A stretch of DNA of 53,950 nt, the filler included, from Catajapyx aquilonaris (taxonomy: Eukaryota), in the NCBI GenBank assembly GCA_000934665.2. It is 3 parts of 3 records of this genome, joined end to end, with 100 filler letters (N's around TTAATTAATTAA, not from the genome) between each part and the next. Parts side by side here need not be neighbours in the genome. Positions count along the whole stretch, not along the records: positions 36,066 to 53,950 come from KZ539600.1; 2 more parts are not named here. The stretch is one strand, 5' to 3'. A program made the position numbers and the translations under genes. The notes beneath the pieces are model-generated. The model was given only the letters and a program-made list of their open reading frames with translations, had not been told where the DNA came from and made no database searches. Positions 37,652-51,500 of this stretch are shown piece by piece. Each line of letters opens with the position of its first letter. Within the stretch, counting starts at the first letter, position 1.

Positions 37652-40484
37652 TCACAGCATCGCCACCAGATTGGCTGGGAAACCCATGTCTAGATGGAGA
37701 AATGATGGTTCAAAAAAACAAAAAGACAAAAAAGGACAGTTGAAATTCGGAAACTGGGTGAGATGAAATGGGGGAGAGGGGGAGCAGGGGGAAGTCAAAA
37801 GAAGGCACTTTCTGTGATTAATAATATCGATTGGCATACTTATTTCGAGGTCTAGGTTGTTGGCGAAGATGTATTGTCTCAGGTCGAGGAGCATCTGTCT
37901 GTTTTGAATGTTGTCGACTTGCAGGTAGCGCATCCTGGGACAGTGGTGCACAAAGTGGTCTAACATGTCTTGGGTTATTTGTATTGCCTGTCGATCATGA
38001 AAAATAAAATGAAATAAATTAAAAAGTGCAAATCAGGTCCGATTGCACCCCCCTGATGGCATAGATATGCTGCATGTCATTCATTGTTGATTAATCCAAT
38101 GCTCAAATAGATTATAGTACCCACATCCTAACTTCTCAAAAAAAAATGTCCTCAATATTTCGACCTCTGTGCATTTCTTTTGTACAGCACTGTACCCACC
38201 GATCTGATTGGTGGAGCAGAGGCCTTTTGCTCCACCAATCAGATCGCTTAGTGTGTTTGGTGTGGAGTGGGAGGGGGACAGGTTGCCTAATCCCTTTTTT
38301 GAGAAGTTATGCTGTGGGTACTGTGCAAGCATACTTGTATGAACATAAACGTGTGACCGTGGTGTGAATTAGTGGCCGTGATTTTATGCACAGTAAATGT
38401 CATTAATTCAGTGCCGCCTTGTCACTGCTGAGATAGCATGGCAAGCACCCGGATCAGGTAATCCTGCTGGGAAGATTAATGGATCTCCTAAAATCAAGGG
38501 GAGATCAGACAACTTAGTTCAAATCCGGATCGACAATCGCGGCCATCAAGTTCAAAGTGATAAACCCGCAATGCATTTTTTCCCACCCTACACACCTGCT
38601 TGAAAGACACACGCTCCAGTTTCTCCAGGGAGTTGTAAAAGAAAATCGCGGAGAATGCGTCCCCCAGGTTGTAGTACTGTATCACGTTGATGTCCGGCGA
38701 ATAAGAGCTGATGTTTAGTTGCTCCATGTTCATCGCGCTCTTCAGGCACAGCAGCAGAATCCAGTTGATATTCCACCTGAAAATTTATTGCTATAGCTTT
38801 AACATTTTTGCTGACACTGCATTGTGCTTTAATGAGCTTGCACAAACCCGACTCCTGAGAGGCTCAGATGCTTAAGTTCAGTGAACATGACCTCCTTGAA
38901 TATCTCCACTGTTTCTTCATCAGTGATGTCCCCGTGGAGGTGCTTCACGGAGAGTTCTCGAAGGCGAGGGCAATGGCGACCGATCAAGAGGATCGTGGAT
39001 ATGTCGTTGGCCAGTCTCGACGAGAACCAGAATTCACGTCCAGGTTCAGTCAGTCGTAAGGTGACAAGATATTGACCTGAAGTGGAATGACTTTTCAAAC
39101 ATCTCATTGTGGCGTGCATGTCGCCAGAGAAAAATGAAATTTCCGTGATTTTTTTAAAGCGGAATAAGGGATTGCATAATGTGGTATTTAAACCCACTTG
39201 GAAAGTGCGGCAATGTAAGTTACCTTTCAATTGCAGAAAATTGCTAAGACTGGATCCGTACTCCAGGAGACATGACACCTTGAATCTGGATATTTGAAGC
39301 GGACCTTGGGCCAGTTTGTTGATTACCTCTGGTTGTACTGCTCTTTGGCCCTGGAATATCATTACGCCCGGCTGTACAGAGAGTGAGCCATATGCACCTG
39401 CCAAAAACGAAAATGCGAGCTAACTTACATGGGGTTCAAACGATCTTCGTATCCTCAACGAAAGTCTGCACAGTTTGGGACAGCAGGTTTGGATAGCCTC
39501 GATCATATCTTCCGTTGGGTTGAACACGATCATCTCCTTCAGACTCAGGGTAGGGATATCGCTGGCGTTGCTCATCATGTAATCCTGAAGCTCTATGTTG
39601 CACATTTCCAACGGAAGCGTTTGCATCAATGTGATCACTGCTGCTGTGGTTTCTTCTGTGGTGTGCAGAATGCACGTGCACGACGAGAGTGAGCAGTGGC
39701 CAGCTGGTATGATCAACCTCTTCAGTTTCTTGCAGGACGACAGCTGAACCGGCATTTGAATTTTTAGAGGAGCGTGTGTGTTTTTTTTAAAGGATATGCA
39801 ATAACCTACTTGAACGAGCCCTTTGGCGGTGATGAGCATTGAACATAATGTCATCAGCCTCTGCGGGTTTTCGAAAGTCGTGAATTCTTCCAGAAGAGGG
39901 CACGACGTTGCGACCGATTTTAAGAAAGGGTCTGTTATACTGAAAAAAATTAGAAACAAACATTATATAATAATATAATATAATAATATAATAATATAAT
40001 AATATTCCAACATACCTGGTTGACACTACATTAATGGAGACGAGCTTCCCAAATTTTGTCACTTCTTCGGGCCAGAAAGGATCACCTGCGGGTATGATGT
40101 TTAAGAAGCGATTGTTGGAGTCTGGCGAGAAATACATTACGTTCGGGTGCAAGCAACAGTACATCTTGATCCTCGGGTCTATCATGCATCTGTATTTTGC
40201 AGTCTTAATACTATTGATAATGTCTCGCATTGACTGAAGGGAAATGAAAGTAATATTAGTCCACTTTTTTCTGTTAGGTTATTATGTGTACTATTAATTG
40301 AACTCACGTCAGGTATGAAATTGTCGGTCAAGAACTGCCTGACTTCCTCGCATTTATAGGTCACTATTGGACGATGGAAGTCTCCGTACCGTGCGAAGAT
40401 GTTTTGAGCTGTTTCGTCTAGTAAATCGCTAAACGCCACTACTGTCATCCTGTACAAGCTGTATGGTTGCTTGTGGCCAACCAT
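37652..40484 (-). CDS. Multi-exon LRR-like (RNI/FBXL-type solenoid) protein, paralogue A
   Basis: Exons 40484-40308, 40233-40016, 39939-39810, 39743-39429, 39371-~38858 (probably with small in-frame introns), ~38776-38596, ~37987-37840 and a short last exon. LRR-like units: TDPFLKSVATSCPLLEEF, IQTCCPKLCRLSL, IGRHCPRLRELSV, VHHCPRMRYLQV. The 3' end is uncertain. Confidence 0.8.
38200..38246. repeat. Hairpin with ~19-bp perfect stem in an intron of LRR paralogue A
   Basis: CGATCTGATTGGTGGAGCA...TGCTCCACCAATCAGATCG. Confidence 0.85.
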
Positions 40485-41200
40485 GATTCAGTTGTAGCTC
40501 TGTGATGCTCCTCTTTGTTTATTACGTCTTCAAAGCTTACGAAAAGCAGTGAGGATTTGAAAATCATTTTACTTTCAGATTTGATGCAGCAATTTACTGT
40601 TCTTTACAGCTGAAAATGGGACTCCCATTTAAATGGACTGTTTTCAAATGAGTCTTTGGCTACCATTTGACACATTTAGAAAACTAGCTTTACTATACCT
40701 ATGCTTTACTTACCGCCAAATGGAGTGTAGATGATTTTTTGTGAATGTCAAATTAATCGTTGTCAAGCAACGTTAACACACAAATTCAACGTGATTGTAC
40801 TTGTTATTTATTGTTGCCTGAGGTGGTAAGATTGAGTCAAGATGGAAAAATTGTGTATGTCCATTTGAAACCACGAAAATATGGCTTCATCTGCATGACA
40901 ACTGCTTACACTTCACCATCACTCGTTTTATTACGATTAGGCTTATGGAGAAGCGGAATGTAGATTGGAAAAAAAACCAGAATAGAGTTCATTAAAATCT
41001 TGACATGTCCGCAGTTGTTAAAACGCCATCAGTTCGGTAACCTCACTAGATCAAACCGAATAATAAAGCACAGGATGCAACGACTAACATTATTTATTGT
41101 AAAGTAGTTGCAGACCGAAATGTATAGCAGCCTCGATGTCGTATTCACATCTTGAACGATTTCACTAAATTATTAACGTAATAGTAATGTCGCAATAATT

Positions 41201-43523
41201 TCAAACAACAAATTGGAACGTAACTGGCGCAATTGGTTCGAACAATAGGTCTTCCTCCTTCCCACAAATCAAGTCAAGGTCTACATTTCTCATCTTCATC
41301 TGCATCTGGAGTCCTTTGAAGATATCGCTGTACGTCTTTTCTCGCACGACAAGCTTTGCCAGTTTGGGGAATCCGCCGATGAAGAAAAGCATGTTTTTGG
41401 TTGAAATGAACATCCTCTGGAAAAACGAGTCACTTCAGATAAAATTTGCTCGAGTAACACACCGTACGATACACTGCATAATCATGGTGTAGATGTTACC
41501 TCGCCAAATTCGAGCGATTCGAGCAATTCCATGGGATTGTGCTCGTAGAGATCGGTCAAAATGACATCCATCTTCTGTGTGTTCATAAAATTGAAAGGCC
41601 TCGTCAGTTTGTTAATGTCGAGGCTCACGTGGCTTATATCACGAGCGTTATGGAGACACAGTTCTATCAGAGAAGCCACATCCCACCTGCAAGTTGATCA
41701 CAAATTAACCCAAAAAAATGGGAGCCTGTATCGTATAAGGAACCTACCCGTCTCCAGCCAAGCTCAGATCCTTCAAACATGTGAAGAGAACCTCTCCCAG
41801 TTCTTTTATTGCGAGTGGACGCTCAGGTTTGTCTTTGCTTAGACCTGCCATGCGGAGGACACTGAGATTCGGGCAGCTCCTACCAATGCCTATCAACAAA
41901 GCTGTGTCGCTGAAAGAGTGCCGGTATGTCTCCTGGTTCATCACGACCAGCTCCACTTCCAGCCAAGTCAGATTGGATCCTGTACATTGTCGAAAGAAAA
42001 TTGCCATGCTTAGATTACATCGAGGTCTTTAATTAAATACCCGTCATGATGTTTGGCCGATATGACAGTACCTGTGATGCTCAGTGCGTTCAGGAGCTGG
42101 TCGTACACGATCAGACTCACTACTGCCAGTTTGTCCAGGTTCATCCTGAATTTTAACAATGTTTCGTAAGAGAGGTGACACAAATAATGTACAGAGTAGC
42201 TTACTTTGGCGGAATTTTGGCGATGGAGCAGTGCAAAGTCCATATGCCCGCATTTCGACCTCCGATCATCGCGAGACTTCTGACCTTTGGACACAAGGAG
42301 AGAACCTGCGGTAGAGACATGGGTGTAGGAACTTGGTAGTCGATGTCGGTGATTCGGAGTTGTGGAAGGAACTTGGCGTTCTTCTCCAGGAAGAGCGGGA
42401 GGTCAAAGTTGAACAGTTTCTCCAGGGGAAGCCTCTGGAACAGTGCGACCATCGTGTCATTGGTGGCCTCCATGGTGCTCAGGATGCATTCGCATTCATT
42501 CAGAGTGCACACGCCATACGGAAAAGTCAGTCTGCGTAGGTGATCGCACTTGACCAACTGCAAGTTCGAAATTATTCAACAAGATTAGTACCCCACGGAA
42601 TAAATTTAATGATAGCACTCCAGACGACTTAATCAAATCTTGTTTACTAGGTATGGCATTTACGAAGGCCACTTAGAACCAGGGTATTAAATTATACTCC
42701 CCAGATTAACTGAAGGCTTCCCTTACTTACGAGTTAAGGGGCCTGTGGATATTACTAGGCTTACCAGTTAGGAACATAATGTCCAAAGTAGTACTACACC
42801 TGTCCAAATCCTTTGGCTGTGGCCAAAACCCTGCACGTTTGGCGGGCCACACGTTCACTCGGAAAATCCAGGCTGCGCAGCTCTTTAAGACGTGGGCACG
42901 ATGCTGACAGGACATCAAACGTATCGTCCTTATACCTGTGAATGATATCACACGTTGTTTGCGTCATGTTCTGGTTAGGAAAAAATAGGGGAAAAATTCA
43001 GAACACTGACCCTGCTGCTGGTAAGGTCAGTGACACTATATGCGACATAAATTTCAGTTGCGTGGACCAGAACGTGTCATACGGTGGCACATTGATCAGC
43101 ATTGGATCCATGTCCTGGACGTCCATGACTTTTGTGGACGGATGCATGTAGAAGCTGGCAAGTATTCGGGGGTCTCGACCAAAGAAATTCATTTGGCTCT
43201 GAATCTTGCTGGTAATGACTTCATGCATCATCTGTGTATAGAGGATATGATATTTGATAATAAGAACGGCTCGCGTCAACCTCACGGGCAACATGTAATG
43301 ACAGTAATGGCACCGATAATGATTCTGGTGGTCGAATCGGACTTACGGACGGGGATAGGTGGCTGGAGAGAAACATGTTTATGCGATTGCACTGTAATTG
43401 AGTGCTTAATGAGCCGAAATCTCCGTAGGTCTTCTGGAGCGAAATGGCAGCGGTTTCGACCATTGTTTTCACGACCCGCGAAGAGCACTCGCAGAGAGAC
43501 AATGGCTGTCCCTTGCGACCCAT
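41201..43523 (-). CDS. Multi-exon LRR-like protein, paralogue B
   Basis: Starts MGRKGQPLSL..YGDF, then DPRI..HP..FW, LVKCDHLRRLTFPYGVCTLNECECIL, LSLCPKVRSLAM, IGRSCPNLSVLRM..EVLFTCLKDLSL and WDVASLIELCL. Stop at 41201, AATAAA at ~41093. Splice positions parallel those of paralogue A. Confidence 0.8.
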
Positions 43524-45640
43524 TTTTGGTGTCTTGTCTTAAACGGTTTAGTAGTACCGTGCTGTGCAGACCTATAGTTGACCTCTTGCAAAATATGTGT
43601 CAGCAGGGGAACGTTTTTCAGACCAACAGAGTTCTCACTTTTGTTCTCGTGATATGTCAACAAACTCCCAAGACTATATATTGTTGAAGCATGGCTACCA
43701 TAAGCAACGGGGCAGCGGTGCAGAATAATTGAATTTTGAGTGACATAGCAGCTCGATATGAAATTGAGTCAATTTTACACTTGATTTTTTTGTAACGTGA
43801 TCACAACGCGTGAGTGACGTGCAGGCTATACAATGAGGAATATGCGTACTATAAGTTAAGTTATTTTGTTTACCGATATGCAAGGGTCAGTTCGGAAATA
43901 TATTAACCAATAGCAGCCCAAATATGTGGCGCCTATTGACGCCACAACAATGGTGGCTCATAATTACCCCATCGTGATACCAAAATAACTGCAGCAGGAC
44001 ACGATGTCGAAGTTAGCGTTCATTACTGACACTTTATTTTCATTGCCACACCATTTTAGTACTTCCTGATGCGGAAGAGATCTAATTACTACCGGTACCT
44101 CTCGTCATTTAATTTTCCACTAATATATACCGTGTTGCTTTATGAGGCGTCTTGCTAATCTTGCCAACATTGCGAATTTCTTCAGCCATGACATGCAACA
44201 AATGTAATTGCACTAATTCCATCTGGGCTGGACCGTTTTCCAGATATTTATTCTGAAAAAATTGTGTGGGATTGTACAGCCTTCCCGGATGTCCAACAAC
44301 TGAACAAACCGCGAATGCACTTGCCGCATGGAGCCTGGGCAAAAAGTTTGACACTCCACTGATTGTCTCACGTCGGATGCCGGAGTGTCCGCAATTCATC
44401 ATTTTCGCCACTGATCAATAGTGGTCCCCTATCCGCATTTCATATCATCGCGGTCACCCTAGCTGCTGCTATAGCCCGGATATTTTAAAAAAAAATCCCT
44501 CAAAAAAGGGTATAGTGGGCGGGGAAGGAATACCAAGCGGCATTTACCACCCTTCTCTGTCAAAGCAAACCGGATTATCATAATTGGCACAAAAACCGCT
44601 CAAGTGTGCTGCTGATCATTGTGATTGATTTCGGCAAAAAAATTATGCCGAGTAGTAAGGAAATTGGCGCCGAGGGGGTTCCTCTGTGGGGGAGCCTCCA
44701 GCAGCCAAGTCATTACTCCGATCTGCTAAGTAAATGTTGCCTTAACAAGAAGGTTAAAAGCGGCCATGATGAAGAGCCCTTCTCTCAACTCAGTGCGACG
44801 ACTTCATTATGTGGCCAACCTACAATGTGTTGCAAACTCCATTTTTTTTCAAAAAAAAAACCCCGGACGATCTTGGCGTTTATTGATGAACCAGATCGAT
44901 GGATAGATCCTGTTTTTAAGGATACTCCATCTTCCTTTTCTTCCCCCTCTTTCTATATGTGCACCTCTATATAATATGGGCATAGGAAGTGGATCTTCTG
45001 CAGATTTGGCATAAGCTGCCCCAGAAATGTGTCGGCGGGTCATCATTTTTGGAGTAAGGGCGATGTGTCATCGGATGCCGTTTAAAAGGCATTACGTGGA
45101 GGATTTTTTGGGGTCAATGTTATGTGTAATGGACACTTACAGTGAACGGAGGGGTGCGATATGGCGTCGTTTGCAAATCCCGGTTAAAATTGGCGGCGTC
45201 CAAAAAGTAACGGTTATGGACAGATTTTTGTGAAGATTGACGACCCGGTTTGAAAGCAAAAGTAAAAATTTTGCAAACAAACATTGCCAACCTGCTATAA
45301 TCGTATTAAAGTCCTTCTGATTGGCCCACCGAATATTGTTTGGGCGACGCTTCCGATTGGCCCCTTTCTGCGCCTGCGTAATGGTGAGAGGCAGCGCCTC
45401 TGGTGGATGGGAGTAGGAACTAATAGTTGCTGCTTTAAATTGCAGGAAAATAACAGAGAGAGAAAATGAGTTTTTAGTGCGAATTTTCATATATCAATTT
45501 GGGGAGAAGGTATTGGAAAGTGCAGATAACCCAGGAGACAATTAGTCAAAACACAGGCGCTAGAGCAGAGTGGAAATGAGCTCCTCACAAATAGATCTTC
45601 GGATCTCATGATTCCTTGTGGTTTTTGTGGGGGGGGGGGG

Positions 45641-45946
45641 NNNNNNNNNNNNNNNNNNNNNNNNNNNNNNNNNNNNNNNNNNNNNNNNNNNNNNNNNNNN
45701 NNNNNNNNNNNNNNNNNNNNNNNNNNNNNNNNNNNNNNNNNNNNNNNNNNNNNNNNNNNNNNNNNNNNNNNNNNNNNNNNNNNNNNNNNNNNNNNNNNNN
45801 NNNNNNNNNNNNNNNNNNNNNNNNNNNNNNNNNNNNNNNNNNNNNNNNNNNNNNNNNNNNNNNNNNNNNNNNNNNNNNNNNNNNNNNNNNNNNNNNNNNN
45901 NNNNNNNNNNNNNNNNNNNNNNNNNNNNNNNNNNNNNNNNNNNNNN
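45641..45946. other. Assembly gap flanked by poly-G and poly-C
   Basis: N run with G tract on the left and C tract on the right. Confidence 0.95.
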
Positions 45947-46399
45947 CCCCCCCCCCCCTTCCAAACTTTGTGATGCAGTAGGCAGATTACTGTATGCCCG
46001 TGTCGAACCGGTCAAAGTAAGGCTGGGGGAGATAGGACTGGAATGTTAATGAGGACTGAATATCCCATCACGGCTGCTTTGGTAGGTTAAATGCTTACTC
46101 ATCTGCTGGGAGGAAACGTAGCCTCAAGAGAGACGGTTGTTGTGACGGTTTTTTTGTTAACGAATGACGGCATTTCGACTAGTTAATTGAGTATTCGCGG
46201 ATTTTCCTTGAAGTGCGGCTTCAGGCGGAAAGAGCAACGGGAACTTGAGCACCTGTAAACAACTGGTAAGTCCCGCAGGTGGTATAGGAAAGGAGCAAGA
46301 TGTTCTTGTGCTTTTAGTGCGTCTCAGACTATCCGAGATTTTAGGATACTAAACTTACTATTAATTAGAGAGGCCCTGTAGGGAAAGAGCGGCCAATTT

Positions 46400-46465
46400 T
46401 GACGTCACGGTCGTCTCTGATTGGCTGGAGCCAACTCCAACCAATCAGAGACGACCGTGACGTCA
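46400..46465. repeat. Hairpin with 31-bp stem (core of a small palindromic MITE, ~46363-46500)
   Basis: TGACGTCACGGTCGTCTCTGATTGGCTGGAG-CCAA-CTCCAACCAATCAGAGACGACCGTGACGTCA with one mismatch; weaker pairing extends outward. Confidence 0.85.
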
Positions 46466-48541
46466 GAATTGGCGACTCTCTCCATCGAAGCTCTATTAGT
46501 CGCATAAAAAATGACACCAAGATTAGCAATCGGTTGTGTTAGATCAACCCGGAAGGACCCAATCAGTCGCGTCAACGTCACATCTGATATGTCACATGAA
46601 GCCATCACGGCCTCCCGTTTGTCTTATTGGAAAATTTGTGTGACGTCATCGCAGCTTATTGGTTGGTCCTTGGCTGTGGACCGGGGATTCCCCGAAACGG
46701 GCTGCCTGAAGGAAGGTGGAAAAAAGAGCATTGGTTGGGGTTTAGAGGAGAGGCGGTAAACTTCGGCAATAATTTCGACACCATTGGCTATAGGGCTTGT
46801 TTAAATCAATTGCAGAATCGCGCGGCCAGCAAGGGGGTGTTCAGCACTGAATCGATTTATAGAAAGTTGGGGTTTTCTAGTGGGGAGGATGCAAGCTGCT
46901 GGAGAAGACTTTGGAGAGATGCTTTTTTTTTCTTTCTTTCTTTTTGATGGGTAGGGTGGGAGGTAGAGGAGATTCTCTTTCGCTCGTTGAAATTGCAGTA
47001 AAGGTTGGGTCGGTCGCCAGAGAGAATTTACCCTCCACACCCTACCCTCTACAACATTTTTTTTTCAGTGCTGGGAGTTTCGATCTGATGCTACTTTTGC
47101 ACGTGAGGGGGGGAGTGATGGGAAGTGGGGAGGAGAAAGGAGAATAACGGATTTTCCAGGTCCATAACTCATCTTTCAGACCTGAGCAAGAAGTGGTTAA
47201 GGTCTCGGGAGACTTGTAGGTTACCGCCAGCGAGAGTTATGACGGCTCGTACTGGTGGAAGGGAGTGAGTCTGCAGGTTAAATATTTTACCCTAGTGTGT
47301 GTAAGTTTTTTCTCTCTCTCAGCAAATGGTTAATATTTTATGCCATGCCTTGAGCGTGAGTGTCAGTTCTTTGAACTGATTTGCTTCTGAGAGCCAGAAG
47401 GCTTTAGGGGACTTTTATAAAATATGTGTCGGTGATTTTCTCGGCCATTAGTTGGTTTCTCTACAGATTTGGAATAATTTTTTTCACTCTCGTTGTTTGT
47501 TGCTGCTACATTGTTCGCATAGACACGCAAATAACGAAACGGGGGGAAAAGCCATCGTTGAGCACTAGTCAAAGCGATTACTGGTGTGAATGGGAGGGAC
47601 AGCGACAGAAGATTGCTGGGACAACGAATCGAAAATGCTTGCTAACTGCCCTCAGAGACTCGTAGGAATGAACGACACGGTCCGTTAAATTCCGCGATTA
47701 ATCCATTTATTCCGCATTTGCTTGTCCGGTTAGCCCTTCTATCCAATCGGGTTTGCAACGAGCCGATTTTGGGTCCGGCGCAAAATTTCCGCTTGTCTTT
47801 GCTCATCCGTCCCAGAAAACCACGTCTGATGGAAATAAAGACGATTCCCATTTCCACCGTAGGAAGTTTTTTAACATACCAAAAAAAAAGAAATCCTCTC
47901 TCGCTCATCACGAAAAACTTCCACTATGGCCGCATTTCCAAGTATGAATAGAAGTGGAAAATTCGGACCCGGAGCTAATCAAGGGAATTATTGCTACCCA
48001 CGTGAGCAGTTCGAATACCGAGTTTTCATCCGGCCAGAAGCCAGCTAGCCAGTCTATAGCTATAGCTATATAGGAAGTGGGGGGGGGGGGGGAAAGAAGT
48101 TTTTGCAGTCCGGGGCTATATGATAGGAAGAGTATAAGGCCTCCGGAGGGTGCTGGAACATGGTAGCTTCACTGCATATTTTATTCATACACGTTGAGAA
48201 TTTCCAAGGGAAACGAAACCACCCCCCTCCTCTCCCAGAGTACTGTAGTTGCCTCCAGCGGGTTTGAATGATGGAAAAGCCGAAGAAACAATATGATAAT
48301 CAAGTGCACGAATTTCGTGCTACAGGGAGCAAGGGGAAAATGGCAGGCGGCAGTATAAGCAGCATTATGAAATGGTTGTATAGAGCCCCCCACTTGATAT
48401 GTGTGCAAGTAGCACTTGGCCGCTTTGTTATTGTTTGACATCACGCCTGCCTTCACTTTCTGTTTGAAGTGTTACCTTTTTTTGGATTATGTCAGTTTAT
48501 TCAGTACACCACATTTTTTTTTCTTTCCGAAATCATTTCAG

Positions 48542-51500
48542 CGCATAATGGATTCCGCTGAGCAGATGTACCTGACCCACAACTACATAGAAAACTTGAA
48601 GGCGTTTTACCACAATGCGAAGCCGGAGCGGAAGGAAGACGACAGGGCTGAGGAACACGGGGAGCAGCTGCCAGAGCCAAAGGTGGTGGGGACGGAGAAG
48701 AAGTGGCCCAAGCTGGAGCACAACCCTCACTTTGACGGAGTTCCTATTTCCACCGAAATCAGCTCTGTCCATGTGCCCACAAATGTCTACGATGGAGGTT
48801 AGTAGCGTTATACTTCAGCACAAATTAGTTGTGTGGGAGATAATTATTACAGAGTGTCCAGAATGTTTATTGATGCTTTGATTGCCATGATTTTATAGTG
48901 TGCCATTTTTGCTTATTTACAGATCCTGATGTGATGAATGACATTATGTGGTCGGAGGCACTGAACAGCATCTTCCAGAGCAACTATGAGATGGACCCAA
49001 CACTGATGTGGCAGTACTTCGGCAGCTCCCGGGGCTTCTTGCGACAATTCCCTGGTAATTTAAATGCATATCCATAGGACAAACTTGAGGATCACTTGAT
49101 CTGATGTGGAGAAATGGAAATTGCATTTTTCTGCAGCATTAAGGCCAGAATCAGTTGTCTACTAGATGCAATATGTCTGTATTATCCGTAGTTTGTGTTA
49201 CTAGTTATTAACCTTCTTTGTCACTCCTGTGCAGCATCCAAATGGAATGACCAGGAACCTGACTTGTATGACTGTCGCATGCGGCCCTGGTATGTTAAAG
49301 CGGCAGCAAGTGCAAAGGACATTGTTATCCTTCTGGACATATCTGGGTCTATGACTGGAATCAGGAACAAGATCGCCACTCATGTGGTACACACCCTCCT
49401 TGACACGCTCACAGACAATGACTTTGTCAACATCTATATCTTCCACAATTATACTGAAGAGCTTGTGCCTTGCTTCAAAGACACTTTGGTGCAGGTATAG
49501 AGAAGCAAATTAATTCAATTATTTTTATGAGAGAATATATTTTTTGTAAAGTTTTGGTAACCAATTGATTTTATGTACCTGCAGGCTAACTTGGAAAACA
49601 TCCGTGAGTTGAAGAACCGCACTGAAAATCTCAACACGCAGCGGGTGGCCAAGGTAGATACTGCGTTGGAGACTGCTTTCATAGTGCTGGATAAGGTAGG
49701 TTGGATAATGCGGGTTTCATTCTTGCAATTACTGACAATCACTTGCATTACACACAGTTCAAGAAGAGTGGTGGGGGTGCAGATTGCAACCAGGCCATTA
49801 TGCTGGTGACTGATGGTGCTGCATACAATCACAAAGAGATATTTGAAAAGTACAATTGGCACCACATGTCGGTACGAGTCTTTACATTCCTCATTGGGAG
49901 AGAGATCACTGATATCCGAGACGTCAAGTGGATGGCATGTGCTAACAGAGGTGAGCCCTCACTGAAGAAAGTGGATTGTGTAATTTTTTTTTGTGTGTGT
50001 GTGTTTTTTATTTATTCTGATGGTTGTGTCTTTTTTCAAAGCAATCATTTAAGAATGTTTTCTTGTAACAGGCTACTTTGTCCACGTGGCCTCTCAAGCT
50101 GATGTCCAGGAGCAAGTGATGAAATACATCCCAGTGATGGCCCGACCCATAATCATGTACCAGAGCAAGCATCCCATCGCCTGGACACAAGTCTACGCAG
50201 ACATTGCCGTAAGTAACTTGCTGTTTTAACAGGATTTTTTTTTTCCTGATTGTCCTATCTGTTCTCTTGCTGTCTGTCTCTTGTCTCTCTCTTTTCTTTC
50301 TCTTTCCCAACGTCATGGAAACTTTTTGTGGTAGATGCCCTCCGGTTCAAAGTGCTAGACTCAGAAATATAATAGTGTAGGGATGGGAAAGTTTGTAATA
50401 TTATCTTCCTCTTCCTCATTATTATCTCTTTTTTTTTTAAACTGCCCTGTAGAAATTTGGACTTGTGTTTTGAACAAGCATGCGTTCCAATAAGTGTACC
50501 GGTACTTGTGGTTGTGTAAGGAGATATGTGTTTACATCTTGGCAATATTTTTGATACTAATATTGACTGTTAAATTTTTTAGTAGCAATTGTAAAGTTCA
50601 GGATCACTTTTCAGCTCTCTAATCGAAATCTAATATTTTGCTAGCACTTTGAATTGGCTTCTGAAAATGACCAATCTGGCCCTAAAATTAGAGGTGGATT
50701 AAAACAAGGCAATTCCCTGCCCCGAGCTTTTGCTTGCCTTAAAAGTAAACTAACATTAACTAAATGATCTGTTGCTGGTACCGGTATAGCTTCCCTATCA
50801 TAGTTTATAACAATGCCACTTTACTTTGTACTTTATTACTAACCTGCCTTTCATTTTGTGCCACCCCCTGACCTCCCCCCTGCCCTCCTCCAACCCCATC
50901 TCTCATTTTATTTCATGCTGGCAAATGGATCCCACTGTCAACATTCACACATTTTCCCACACCAAAAATACCCTTCCACTCACCATCGGACATAATACGG
51001 TGCCAATATCCTGGGACTGGTCAAAACCATACAATACATATGCCACCATTTTTTTTAAAAAAATTCATATATTGAAAATGAACAATCTAAAAAAATACAT
51101 GGGACCAGGACCCCAAAGAGACAGACTGGCTCTGGGCAGATAGAGAGAGGCTGCGGCAGAGAGGTCGTACGGAGCGATACCGCCGACTCCTGCAGATGAT
51201 TGCAGCTCGTGCTGACGACAAGGAGGAGCACTTGTACAATGCCTATGAGGTGAACAAGTATCTCACTTATGGGGACTGGAACTTCGAGGACCGAGAGATT
51301 TACGCGATCAAGGCCATGAAAGAGAAGGAGGAGAGAGTTAGTATCAGTGTCGTTTGGAAAGCCCTCCCATCATAACCCCCCCTAAGGCCCTGCCCCAACC
51401 TTTGCCCCCTCTTGCCATGTGTACCATGTGCTTTTGTTTACAAAAGGTGTGTGGGTTTATTGGCAGTGGGGATTGTGTTTGTTGTCTGTGGGGAAGGTGT

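Noticed and set aside
43040..43687. 215-aa plus-strand ORF
   Set aside because: It is antisense to exons 1-2 of LRR paralogue B and has no independent support.
45560..46049. ORFs spanning the N gap
   Set aside because: Artefacts of undefined bases.
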